Part shown: piece after piece, positions 9,901 to 17,457 of the stretch
Layout: each line of letters begins with the position of its first letter
Position numbering within the stretch: position 1 is the first letter of the stretch
From: Phycisphaerae bacterium
GTDB taxonomy: Bacteria; Planctomycetota; Phycisphaerae; SM23-33; FEN-1343
Assembly (NCBI GenBank): GCA_041687295.1
Contig: JAWLCG010000002.1
Coordinates: forward strand, 1-47,115
Length of the DNA stretch: 47,115 bases
Reading direction: 5' to 3'
The notes under the pieces: model-generated
Seen by the model: the letters and a program-made list of their open reading frames with translations, nothing else
Database searches by the model: none
Told to the model about the DNA's origin: nothing
Translations under genes and position numbers: made by a program

Positions 9901-10484
9901 GGCAGGTCCTCCGCGACCTCTCCCCCGTGCTGGCCCCGGGCCCTGACGAGGGCCCTCACCGGACGGTGAACGTCACCACCGGCAACTTCCTGATCGAGGC
10001 CCTGCTGCAGACCAGCGATCCGCGGGGCACGCTGGTCCGCAAGATGGATCGGGCCGGCTACGCGCTGGACCTGGTGGCCGGTCGTCCTCGCCTGATGCTG
10101 CGTGACGCCGAGGGTGTCGAACTGACGGCCACCGCGAACGCCGCCATCGCCGACGGGCAGTGGGTTCACTTGATCGTTGAGGTGGACCGTCGGGGCGACG
10201 TGGCGTTCTACGCAAACGGCCGACGGATGGAAGTCCAGGTCACCGGGCGGATGCCCACCGACACGCTGGCCAACGAGGGCGACTTCCTGGTCGGCGGCGG
10301 GCCGGGCGCCGAGCCCTTGGCGGTGACGCTGGACTATCTCCGCGTCGCCCGCGGCACCCTGGCCGATGCCCGCACGACGATCGGCGAGCTGTACGCCTGG
10401 CAGTTCGACGGCCCGCACCTGCGCGACTTCGCCGGCAACGACCGCCGGGCCACCAACGCCGCCGGGGCGCTGGTTGCGCCCTGA
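6930..10484 (+). CDS. Large secreted beta-helix protein with a LamG-like domain; paralog of 33719..36862
   Basis: Signal peptide, GDDANRGTRAQPWKH, many N-x-x-hydrophobic beta-helix repeats, DFRPAPDSAAIEHG and LamG-type IADGQWVHLIVEVDR..VAFYANG. Confidence 0.8.
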   Translation: MTQQRIKRQAVGRHAVTLGSLAGFLGVFVLIGQVALAQDYAWQVPHARVLPHGDLEWAPEPFAFQAGSAVYCIDYENGDDANRGTRAQPWKHHPWDPNAGGQAAQASGPATYVFRRGVTYRGVLSPGEDRGTPEEPIRLTSDPSWGEGEARIYGSAIVTDWQLGGHDRMPQRDRVWSAEVDFLPRTLWMVGSDGEITRLTLARDPNWTEPDPNDPMADWPTWENPRWWTGEHVIKVGDQDRHLGIDTQRLTRPAADYVGATVWTEWGIVMGSPYPSRVEAFCEEERGVSIRGPWTWNMSERIITGNRYYLENMPWMLDEPGEYWVERLGDNRARIHVRLPDDSDPNDVTIEAGRHINILDADQLHHVHVSGLTFRFTNIHWDYDTPRWVHPEVQSAVIRLEGIGDDIRITHNLFEHVHTPVRMRPTTVTQQIGTIAINDNQMRYTDHGAVVIHAHFDGDNRHEYGRAEYVEMLRNNLYHIGWRIISGEHGHAVDIRFPHRSHIAGNFLYRIAGWGISVFGGKGGGRVGLDVPFSRYLIHHNRVHDVLLKSNDWGGIETWQGGPFYVFNNLVINPRGFKNWIYIRGQKDRVPAFGHAYYADGAFKNYLFNNIAWGLNNEPGGKDANSTALQNIISFENTFFHNTFFRFAAVTRQQAPSAGRFRYLGNVIDDASLMVFRSADPRDTPPDPNAEHYTQGGQFAYETIAYRGNVMHDIRGSIGTFEETGYVYDELGDFAGALERLNAQAAGVGVVSDNPPLRDPAGGDFRPAPDSAAIEHGQRVFVPWALYGVVGEWQFIRNNADPSEIVDTHWYMTPAHAGRGQYKDMPRYPLRAVSYSDASHVQGVLDDWSPASALRLDGQGQYLTVPHASLPPVPPPADRTVRNETVELEFATVELPETLSVGEPVTVTVHLKAPQPTQQVGVHLHWFKRDSWGGLSTMANPTPVAGEPNSFRFTFMAGRHGERYIGGDLHHYGVRVFLSPDGSAERLTQEGQVLRDLSPVLAPGPDEGPHRTVNVTTGNFLIEALLQTSDPRGTLVRKMDRAGYALDLVAGRPRLMLRDAEGVELTATANAAIADGQWVHLIVEVDRRGDVAFYANGRRMEVQVTGRMPTDTLANEGDFLVGGGPGAEPLAVTLDYLRVARGTLADARTTIGELYAWQFDGPHLRDFAGNDRRATNAAGALVAP

Positions 10485-10581
10485 CTCCGGCCTGACGCAG
10501 CTTCGGGGACGGATCAGGACGGTCCCTCCTCGGGGGTGGGCGTGTTATGCACCCGCATCCGTGTAGTAGAGGATCTCTACA

Positions 10582-10680
10582 ATGGCTGAGCGTCCCAACA
10601 TCGTCATGATCGTCGCCGACGACACCACGCCCAACTAGCACGGCTGCTACGGCGGGTCCACGCCTACGCCGCACAGCCCT
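10582..10680 (+). pseudogene. Sulfatase 5' remnant
   Basis: MAERPNIVMIVADDTTPN*HGCYGGSTPTPH with an in-frame TAG at 10636-10638. Similarity ends before the CxPxR motif. Confidence 0.75.
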
Positions 10681-10804
10681 GCCACTGGTATCCCCCGGCC
10701 GAGACGGCCGAGGAACGCCAGCATCACAGCGATCCGATGCCCTGACAAGGTCCATGGTCGCGTCCCACGCCGACGCCGGCGGCCGACCTCCCGTGGGCAT
10801 CCTC

Positions 10805-10844
10805 TTGACGGTGCGAGGACAAGCCGTTAGCTTACACGCGTAAG
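10805..10844 (+). promoter_or_regulatory. Sigma70-type promoter with a LacI-type operator over the start site
   Basis: TTGACG(10805-10810)-N17-TAGCTT(10828-10833). Palindrome CTTACacgcGTAAG at 10831-10844, two bases before the LacI ATG. Confidence 0.65.
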
Positions 10845-10846
10845 TC

Positions 10847-11878
10847 ATGAGAATTACTCAGCAACACATCGCGGATCGGGCCGGGGTGACCCGGGCGGCC
10901 GTGAGTTACGTGCTCAGTGGTCGGGCCGAGCAGATGCGCCTGAGCAAGGACCTGGTGCGGCGCGTCCGGCAGGCGGCGGAGGACTTGGGGTACGTGCCCA
11001 ACCATGCCGCGACCTCTCTGGCCTCGGGGCGCAGCCAGACGCTGGGGCTGTTGCTGGGCGATGCGGCTGGCCGGGTGGCGCCGTTCTGGAGCCCCATCGC
11101 CGAGGGCGTGGAAGCAGGGGCGCTGGAGGCCGGCTACGACGTGCTCCTCATCCGCGCGCGGGGCGATGCGGCGTTGGAGGGATTGCGGCGGCTCCAGCAG
11201 CGGCGCGTTGACGGTCTGGTGGTCCTGGGGCGGTCGGCTGACCGGGCGGCGGTATGGCGGGAAGCGCCCGTGCCGCCGGTGGTGATCCGGACGGGCCGGT
11301 CGGCAGCCCTGCCTGGCGTTGAACTCGATGCGCGTCCCGGGATCGACGCGGCGGTGGAGCACCTGGCCGGGCTGGGCCATCGCAGGCTGTTGTGGCTGGG
11401 GCCGGCGCGGGGCGTGGAGTCCCGCGCGAGGGCGGTTGATGAAGCAGCCCGGCGGCAGGGGCTGGCGACGGACGTGATCGTAGTGGAACGCCCAGGGGAC
11501 GAAGCCTGGCAGTCGGCCGAGAGCGAGATCGCGCAGTGGGGCGACGCCCTGCGTGGTGTCCTGCCCGATCGCCTGCCGATGGGGGCAATCCTCTGCTGGA
11601 ACGATCGGTTGGCGCTGGGACTCTATGCGGTGCTGGCCCAGCGAGGGCTGCGCGTGCCGTCCGACGTCTCAGTGGTGGGATTCGACGACCAGGAGGCAAG
11701 TCTGGGCCTGCCCGGACTCGCCAGCATCAGTCATGAGTTTCGCCGGATGGGCATCGAGGCGACCCGCCTGGCCCTGCGGATCATCACCGGCGAGTTGTCC
11801 GCCGACCAGGCCCCGGGCGCGGTGGTTCGCGTACCTTCCCGGTATGTCGTCCGCCCCAGTGTGGGGCCGTCCCCGTAG
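10847..11878 (+). CDS. LacI-family transcriptional regulator
   Basis: ITQQHIADRAGVTRAAVSYVLSG, LGYVPNHAATSLASGRS, HLAGLGHRR and GLRVPSDVSVVGFDD. Confidence 0.93.
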   Translation: MRITQQHIADRAGVTRAAVSYVLSGRAEQMRLSKDLVRRVRQAAEDLGYVPNHAATSLASGRSQTLGLLLGDAAGRVAPFWSPIAEGVEAGALEAGYDVLLIRARGDAALEGLRRLQQRRVDGLVVLGRSADRAAVWREAPVPPVVIRTGRSAALPGVELDARPGIDAAVEHLAGLGHRRLLWLGPARGVESRARAVDEAARRQGLATDVIVVERPGDEAWQSAESEIAQWGDALRGVLPDRLPMGAILCWNDRLALGLYAVLAQRGLRVPSDVSVVGFDDQEASLGLPGLASISHEFRRMGIEATRLALRIITGELSADQAPGAVVRVPSRYVVRPSVGPSP

Positions 11879-11959
11879 TCCAAGCAGATGAGTCGGCACA
11901 GTCCTGTCGATCAAGTGTGATGCTCGCATCTCCGTGGGTGCGGCGTAAAGGAAGGGATC

Positions 11960-13843
11960 ATGAGCCAGTTGGTGTGCCAGGAACGGAACGAGTGCCTGGA
12001 TGTCACGGTGTTCGATGACGCTTCGGCCGAGATGATTGACAAGCGGACCGGACAGATCTGGCGGATGGGGGCGGTGGCCCTGCAGGAGATTGGCCCGGTC
12101 GAGAACGACCTGTGCTGGAACCGTGGCCAGCGGCTGATCGGCGAGCAGTATGCCGGCCGTTTCCGCGGGGAGGCCCTGGGCGAAGGACGCGTGCGGTTTG
12201 TGGTGGTGGACGAGCAGGGCGAGCGACAGGGCGCGCTGGTCTGTCGGTATTTGCTGACGGGGGCATGGCTGAGCGTGGAGGTCGAGGGGATCGAAGAGTC
12301 CCTGGCGTCGCTGTGCTTTCCGCCGCCGGTCCGCTCGGCGAGCCTGGTGCTGCCTGTGGGCATGGGCCAGTGGCTGCGCGAGCCGTTGGGGAGGTTCGAG
12401 CGGCGTGTCTATCGTTTCGCCGGTCATGGGCTGAACATGCGCTGGCTGGGAGGCCTGGCCCAGGATGAGCGCCATGGCTGGATCGCCATCCTGCACAAAG
12501 GCCATGCGGACGCGGGCGTGATGCACGCCGGCGGCTCGGCCACGCCGCTGTGGCTGCGCTCGATGGGCAGTTGGCAGGGGCCCCGCGTGGTGCGCTACGG
12601 TTTTACCGACAACGGCTACGTGGGCCTGGCGCGGCTCTTTCGCGGCTGGGCCGACGCGCACGGACTGCGGGTGCCGCTGGCCGCAAAGCTCCAGAGCCGC
12701 CCGCATCTGGCCGAGGTGCTCGGGGGCCGCAAGCTGTCCTTTATGTACGCCAAGCCGTTCCACCCGCGGACGTACGAGGACCAGTGGCTCGAGCCTCCGC
12801 CGCAGGAGCAGGGCCGGTCCGACGGGCCGGTGGTGCTGACGAGCTTCGCTCAGGGCCGGGAGATCATCGACGATGCCCGGTCGCAGGGCTGGCACAAGGG
12901 CATCGCGCAGATGCTCGGCTGGATCCGCGGTGGTTTCGACGACTGCTACCCCGACTCCTGGCCGCCGGAGCCGGCCCTGGGCAGCCTGGGCGAACTCGAC
13001 GCCCTCTGGGGCCGGCGTGACTGCCTGGTGGGCATCGCCGACAACTACGCGGACATCTACGCTCAGTCGCCGAGTTTCCCGGCCGGCATCATCCGCCGGC
13101 CCGACGGCAGCCGGCTCCGCGGAGGCATCTGGGGCGGCGGGCAGTGCTACCTGCTGGACTACGGCCAGTCGATCGAGGCCGCCCGCCGCAACGCCGCCCA
13201 CTACGTCGAGCACGGCCTGCGGGCGATCTACTGCGACACGGCCACCGCCGTGCAGCTCTACGAGAACTACGACCCCGCCCACCGCATGACCCGCCAGGAC
13301 GACGAGGATCGCCGCGTGGCCCTGCTGCGGATGTTCCGCGACCAGGGCATGGTGATCGGCAGCGAGGCCGGCTGCGACTTCGGCGTGCCGGTGATCGATT
13401 GGTCGCCCTCGCCGGCCCGCCACGCACCGGGCGTGTCCGTGCCGCTCTGGCCGCTGGTGTTCCACGACTGCCACATCGCCTTCAGCGATGCCATATCGCA
13501 GGACGTGTACGCCGACACCCCGTTGACCGACGGGGAGATGGCCGACTGGCGGCGCCGCCTCGTGCCGCTAATGCTCTACGGCTACCACGTCGGCCACAGC
13601 CGCATCACCGGCCGCAACTGGCCGCGGATCCGGCGGCAGGTCGCTGACGCCGCCGAACTCGTCGACCCCTGGATCGGCCGGATCGCCGCCGACGCCATGG
13701 TGGACCACCGCTTCCTCACGCCCGACCGGCTGGTCGAGCGGACCGAGTGGTCCGGCGGCGCCGCCATGGTGGCCAACTTCGCCGGTGAGGTCCGCGAGGT
13801 CGACGGCGTAACGGTGCCGTCTGGCCAATCCGTGATTCTGTAG
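11960..13843 (+). CDS. GH129/GH101-like (DUF5696-type) glycoside hydrolase
   Basis: GWIRGGFDDCYPD, DNYADIY, IYCDTATAVQLYENYDPAHRMTR, GSEAG and VPLWPLVFHDC. No signal peptide. Confidence 0.65.
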   Translation: MSQLVCQERNECLDVTVFDDASAEMIDKRTGQIWRMGAVALQEIGPVENDLCWNRGQRLIGEQYAGRFRGEALGEGRVRFVVVDEQGERQGALVCRYLLTGAWLSVEVEGIEESLASLCFPPPVRSASLVLPVGMGQWLREPLGRFERRVYRFAGHGLNMRWLGGLAQDERHGWIAILHKGHADAGVMHAGGSATPLWLRSMGSWQGPRVVRYGFTDNGYVGLARLFRGWADAHGLRVPLAAKLQSRPHLAEVLGGRKLSFMYAKPFHPRTYEDQWLEPPPQEQGRSDGPVVLTSFAQGREIIDDARSQGWHKGIAQMLGWIRGGFDDCYPDSWPPEPALGSLGELDALWGRRDCLVGIADNYADIYAQSPSFPAGIIRRPDGSRLRGGIWGGGQCYLLDYGQSIEAARRNAAHYVEHGLRAIYCDTATAVQLYENYDPAHRMTRQDDEDRRVALLRMFRDQGMVIGSEAGCDFGVPVIDWSPSPARHAPGVSVPLWPLVFHDCHIAFSDAISQDVYADTPLTDGEMADWRRRLVPLMLYGYHVGHSRITGRNWPRIRRQVADAAELVDPWIGRIAADAMVDHRFLTPDRLVERTEWSGGAAMVANFAGEVREVDGVTVPSGQSVIL

Positions 13844-13864
13844 TAGCCCACTACCCAAAGGAGC

Positions 13865-14905
13865 ATGACCTTGAGCACATCTCCGTTAAAGGAACACACG
13901 CCGCCCCGAGGGGCGATCTACATCCCCTCGCGGGCCTACAACGGCTATCAGCAGTGGCGGGACTACGACTCCGCCGAGGCTGCGCGAGACCTGGGCTACG
14001 CCGCCTCGGTCCACCTCGACGCGCTGCGGGTCTGGCTGAGCTACGAGTACTGGCTGGAGCAGCCCGAGGCCTTGGGCGAGCGGTTGGACGACCTGTTGAG
14101 CCACGCGGCCGGGCGGGGCATCCGCATCATGCCGTCGCTGTTCGAGAGTTGCGGCGTGGAGAGTACACGGGCGGCCCTGGAAGACACCGACCCGCGGTCG
14201 GCCGTATGCGTCGTATCGCCGGCCTGGTCGGTGCATCGCGACGAGGCCCAGTGGGCCGGTCCGCGCCGATTCGTCGAGTGGTTCATGCACCGCTACGCCG
14301 ATGACCAGCGGCTGCTGGCGATCGAGCTGATCAACGAGCCCTACCTGCCGGATCGGCGGATGGAGTTCGCCCGGGCAATGTTCCAGCGGGCCACGGGGAT
14401 GCGGGGGCGGGTGCCGCTGACGGTGGGCTGCTCCAACCTGGAGGAGAACCTCTACTTCCTGGAACTGGGCATCGACATCCTTCAGTTCCACGGGAACTTC
14501 CCGGCCGACCGGGCCGCGTTCCGGCGGCTGCTCGGGCACGCTCACCTGGCCCAGGACATCCTGGGCCGGCCCATCTGGTTGACCGAGTGGCAGCGCCTGC
14601 GGGCCCGGGCCTCCGGCTGGGACACCCCCTGGCTGCCGCCGGGTGAGCGGGCGAGCGACTACGCCAGCCTGGCCGACATCGTCCGCGAGAGCGGCCTGGG
14701 CAGCTTCTTCTGGTCGCTGATGGTCAAGCCGGCGTACCTGATCCACCAGCGCCGCGTCGGCACCATCAACGGCCTGTTCCACGAGGACGGGGCCGTCTGG
14801 AGCCTCGCCGACGCGCGGGCCATCGCCAACGACCCCGGCTTCCAGGCCGAGCAGCGGCCGCAGTGGCCGGACTGGGCCCGGCCGGCGGAAGGGGGCGTGG
14901 GATGA
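13865..14905 (+). CDS. Clan GH-A (GH5-like) glycoside hydrolase
   Basis: LRVWL, IELINEP (acid/base), QFH and PIWLTEW (nucleophile). Confidence 0.75.
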   Translation: MTLSTSPLKEHTPPRGAIYIPSRAYNGYQQWRDYDSAEAARDLGYAASVHLDALRVWLSYEYWLEQPEALGERLDDLLSHAAGRGIRIMPSLFESCGVESTRAALEDTDPRSAVCVVSPAWSVHRDEAQWAGPRRFVEWFMHRYADDQRLLAIELINEPYLPDRRMEFARAMFQRATGMRGRVPLTVGCSNLEENLYFLELGIDILQFHGNFPADRAAFRRLLGHAHLAQDILGRPIWLTEWQRLRARASGWDTPWLPPGERASDYASLADIVRESGLGSFFWSLMVKPAYLIHQRRVGTINGLFHEDGAVWSLADARAIANDPGFQAEQRPQWPDWARPAEGGVG

Positions 14906-16179
14906 ACGCCCCGCACATCCTGCACATCGTCGCCGACGACCTGGGCTGGGCCGACTTCGGCCATCGCGGCTCGCCGATCCGCACGCCGGTGCTTGACGCC
15001 TTCGCCGCCGAGAGCGTCGAACTGTCGCGCTTCTACGTCTGCCCGGTCTGCTCGCCCACGCGGGCGGCGATCATGACCGGCTGCTACCCGAACCGCTTCG
15101 GCATGGGTGGCCATCCCATGCAGTACTACGAGAACAAGGGCCTGCCGCCGAGCTGCCGCACGCTGCCGCAGGTGCTGGCCGAGGCCGGCTACCGGCATCG
15201 CTGCGCGATCGGCAAGTGGCACCTGGGCAACAGCGCCACCTGCTTCCACCCCGTGCGGCGGGGTTTCACGAGTTTCTACGGCCACTACTGCGGGGCCATC
15301 GACTACTGGACCCACGAGCGGGCCGGCGAGTTGGACTGGCACCGCGACCTGGCGGCCGACCTCACGCCCGGCTACAGCACACGGCTGATGGGCGAGGAGG
15401 CCGTGCGGTTCATCCAGGAGACGCCCGCCGACGAGCCGTGGTACTGCTACCTGGCCTTCAACGCCGTCCACACGCCGCTGCAGGCCCCGGAGGAGACGAT
15501 CCGCAGCTATGACGGTGTCGATCTCAAGGGGCTGAACCAGACGTACTGCGCCATGATGACCGAGATGGACGCCGCCATCGGCCGCGTCCTGGAGGCCCTG
15601 CGGGCGCGGGGGCTGGACGAGAACACGCTGGTGCTGTTCCACAGCGACAACGGCGGCGTGGCCCGCGACGGGTTGGGCAGCAATCGGCCTTTCCGCGGGG
15701 CCAAGGGCACGGTGTACGAGGGCGGTATCCGCGTGGCCGCCTGGGCCCGCTGGGCGGCCCGCTGGCGGGGCGGGCGGACGTGCGACGCCGTCATGGGCCA
15801 CGTCGACCTGATGCCCACCTTCACGGCGGCCGCGGGCTCGGCCGTCGACCACCCGATCGACGGCTGCAACGTGCTGGGGCTCATCGACGGCCACGAGCAC
15901 CAGGGCGAGCGGTTCTTCTACCCCGACCGCGACGGCGTGGTAAGCCCCCGCTGGAAGCTGGTGGGGGCTGAGCTGTACGATCTGCAGACCGATCCGGGCG
16001 AGGCGGTCAACGTTGCCGACAGCCACCCGGAGCAGTTGGCGCGCCTGCAGGGGCAGTTGGCTGCCTTCCAGGCCCTGGACGGCGACCCCTACGTGCCGCC
16101 GGGCCTGCCCGAGTGCGACAAGCGGGTTCCGCACCAGTGGGCGATGGTGGAGTGCGGGCCGGACATGGGAGAGCCCTGA
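14902..16179 (+). CDS. S1 (formylglycine-dependent) arylsulfatase
   Basis: HIVADDLGWAD, CSPTRAAIMTG, GKWHLG, AVHTP, SDNGG and KGTVYEGGIRV. ATGA overlap with the upstream gene. Confidence 0.92.
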   Translation: MNAPHILHIVADDLGWADFGHRGSPIRTPVLDAFAAESVELSRFYVCPVCSPTRAAIMTGCYPNRFGMGGHPMQYYENKGLPPSCRTLPQVLAEAGYRHRCAIGKWHLGNSATCFHPVRRGFTSFYGHYCGAIDYWTHERAGELDWHRDLAADLTPGYSTRLMGEEAVRFIQETPADEPWYCYLAFNAVHTPLQAPEETIRSYDGVDLKGLNQTYCAMMTEMDAAIGRVLEALRARGLDENTLVLFHSDNGGVARDGLGSNRPFRGAKGTVYEGGIRVAAWARWAARWRGGRTCDAVMGHVDLMPTFTAAAGSAVDHPIDGCNVLGLIDGHEHQGERFFYPDRDGVVSPRWKLVGAELYDLQTDPGEAVNVADSHPEQLARLQGQLAAFQALDGDPYVPPGLPECDKRVPHQWAMVECGPDMGEP

Positions 16180-16214
16180 CAGCCCCGAAGGAATCTGTTC
16201 TGGAAGGAAGGTTC

Positions 16215-17327
16215 ATGACGATCTACGGCGACCAGAGCCCTGAGGAGATGGCCCGACTCATCCCGGATTGCTGTGAGCGCATCTGCGACACGTGGCTCCG
16301 CGATACTCAGATCACAGTCGGACGCGATGCCTACTACATGACGGGGACAAGCCGTCCGGACAACATGCCGCCGGTCAACGCCACGGTGACCAGCGACGGC
16401 CTGCGGATATGGCGATCGGAGAACCTGCGCGACTGGCAGCCATTGGGTCTGGTCTGGTCGCTGGACGATGGGCCGCCCTGGCTTCGGGACTATCGCGTCC
16501 ACTGGCCGGGCGGCGGCCGCCGTATCGCCCCCGAGGACTACGCCCGCCTGGAAATACCGGAGGATGTGCCGGTGCGCCGGGCGCTGTGGGCGCCCAAAAT
16601 CCATTACTCGCCTGTCCGCGACAACTATTTCGTCGTGGGATCCATGAACTTCAACATGGGGCTGGCGCCGCAGCGCTGGATCGGCGATCTGTTCGGCGGT
16701 TGCTTCCTGCTGGCCAGTACAACCGGGGAGGCTGCCGGCCCTTATCGGCCCACGACTCAAGAGCCGCTGACGCACTACATCGATCCCTGTCTCTTCGAGG
16801 AAGATGATGGTGCACTGTACATGGTCTGGCAAGACGGCAATCTTGCCCGCCTGAATGAGGACCTGGACGGCCTGTTGGCCGTCGACCGTCCCTGGCAGCG
16901 GCACTTCGACGTCGAGCCGACAAAAGAAGGTGCCTGCCTGTTCAAGCACGCCGGCCGCTACCACCTCGGTTTTTCGATCAGCGCGCACCGTCAACCGGCG
17001 GGTCACTACAGCCTGCGGCACGAAGGCCATGGCGATCCGCGCGTTCCTTGCGGCTACCAGTTTGTGGTCGCCGCCGCCGATCACCTCCACGGTCCCTACG
17101 GTGAGCGTTACACGGCGTTGGTCAATGGCGGTCACGGCTGCCCCTTCCGTGATCGCGATGGGCAGTGGTGGGCCTGCGTCTTCCATCCGCCGGGGCACCC
17201 GGACGCCCTGCATATGGATCGCCAGGCCTGCACACGTGCCCTGGGGCCGCGGCTGGTGGCGATGCGCTGGGTTGCCGGCCAGATCGTGCCGGATATCGAT
17301 CGGACCCGCGCTTTCCATGGGGGATAG
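16215..17327 (+). CDS. GH43-family five-bladed beta-propeller glycoside hydrolase
   Basis: LRDT, YYMTGT, LWAPK, YIDPCLFEEDDG, KEGA and GGHGCPFRD. Confidence 0.8.
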   Translation: MTIYGDQSPEEMARLIPDCCERICDTWLRDTQITVGRDAYYMTGTSRPDNMPPVNATVTSDGLRIWRSENLRDWQPLGLVWSLDDGPPWLRDYRVHWPGGGRRIAPEDYARLEIPEDVPVRRALWAPKIHYSPVRDNYFVVGSMNFNMGLAPQRWIGDLFGGCFLLASTTGEAAGPYRPTTQEPLTHYIDPCLFEEDDGALYMVWQDGNLARLNEDLDGLLAVDRPWQRHFDVEPTKEGACLFKHAGRYHLGFSISAHRQPAGHYSLRHEGHGDPRVPCGYQFVVAAADHLHGPYGERYTALVNGGHGCPFRDRDGQWWACVFHPPGHPDALHMDRQACTRALGPRLVAMRWVAGQIVPDIDRTRAFHGG

Positions 17328-17457
17328 CAGGGGCTTGAGAACGCGGCAATGCGCTGCACCAATACAACCGTCAGTGACAGCCGGATGCGGCCAGAACGCC
17401 GGACTATCCTGAAGTACGAGGACAAAGACAAGACCCCTTTGGAGGGCTTTCCCCCCA

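Noticed and set aside
10485-10581. Hairpins after the beta-helix gene as a REP element or terminator
   Set aside because: Imperfect stems, no U-tract and no second copy found in the window.
10636-10638. In-frame TAG as pyrrolysine or stop-codon recoding
   Set aside because: Sulfatase similarity ends shortly afterwards, many intact genes here end in TAG, and no pyl genes are seen.
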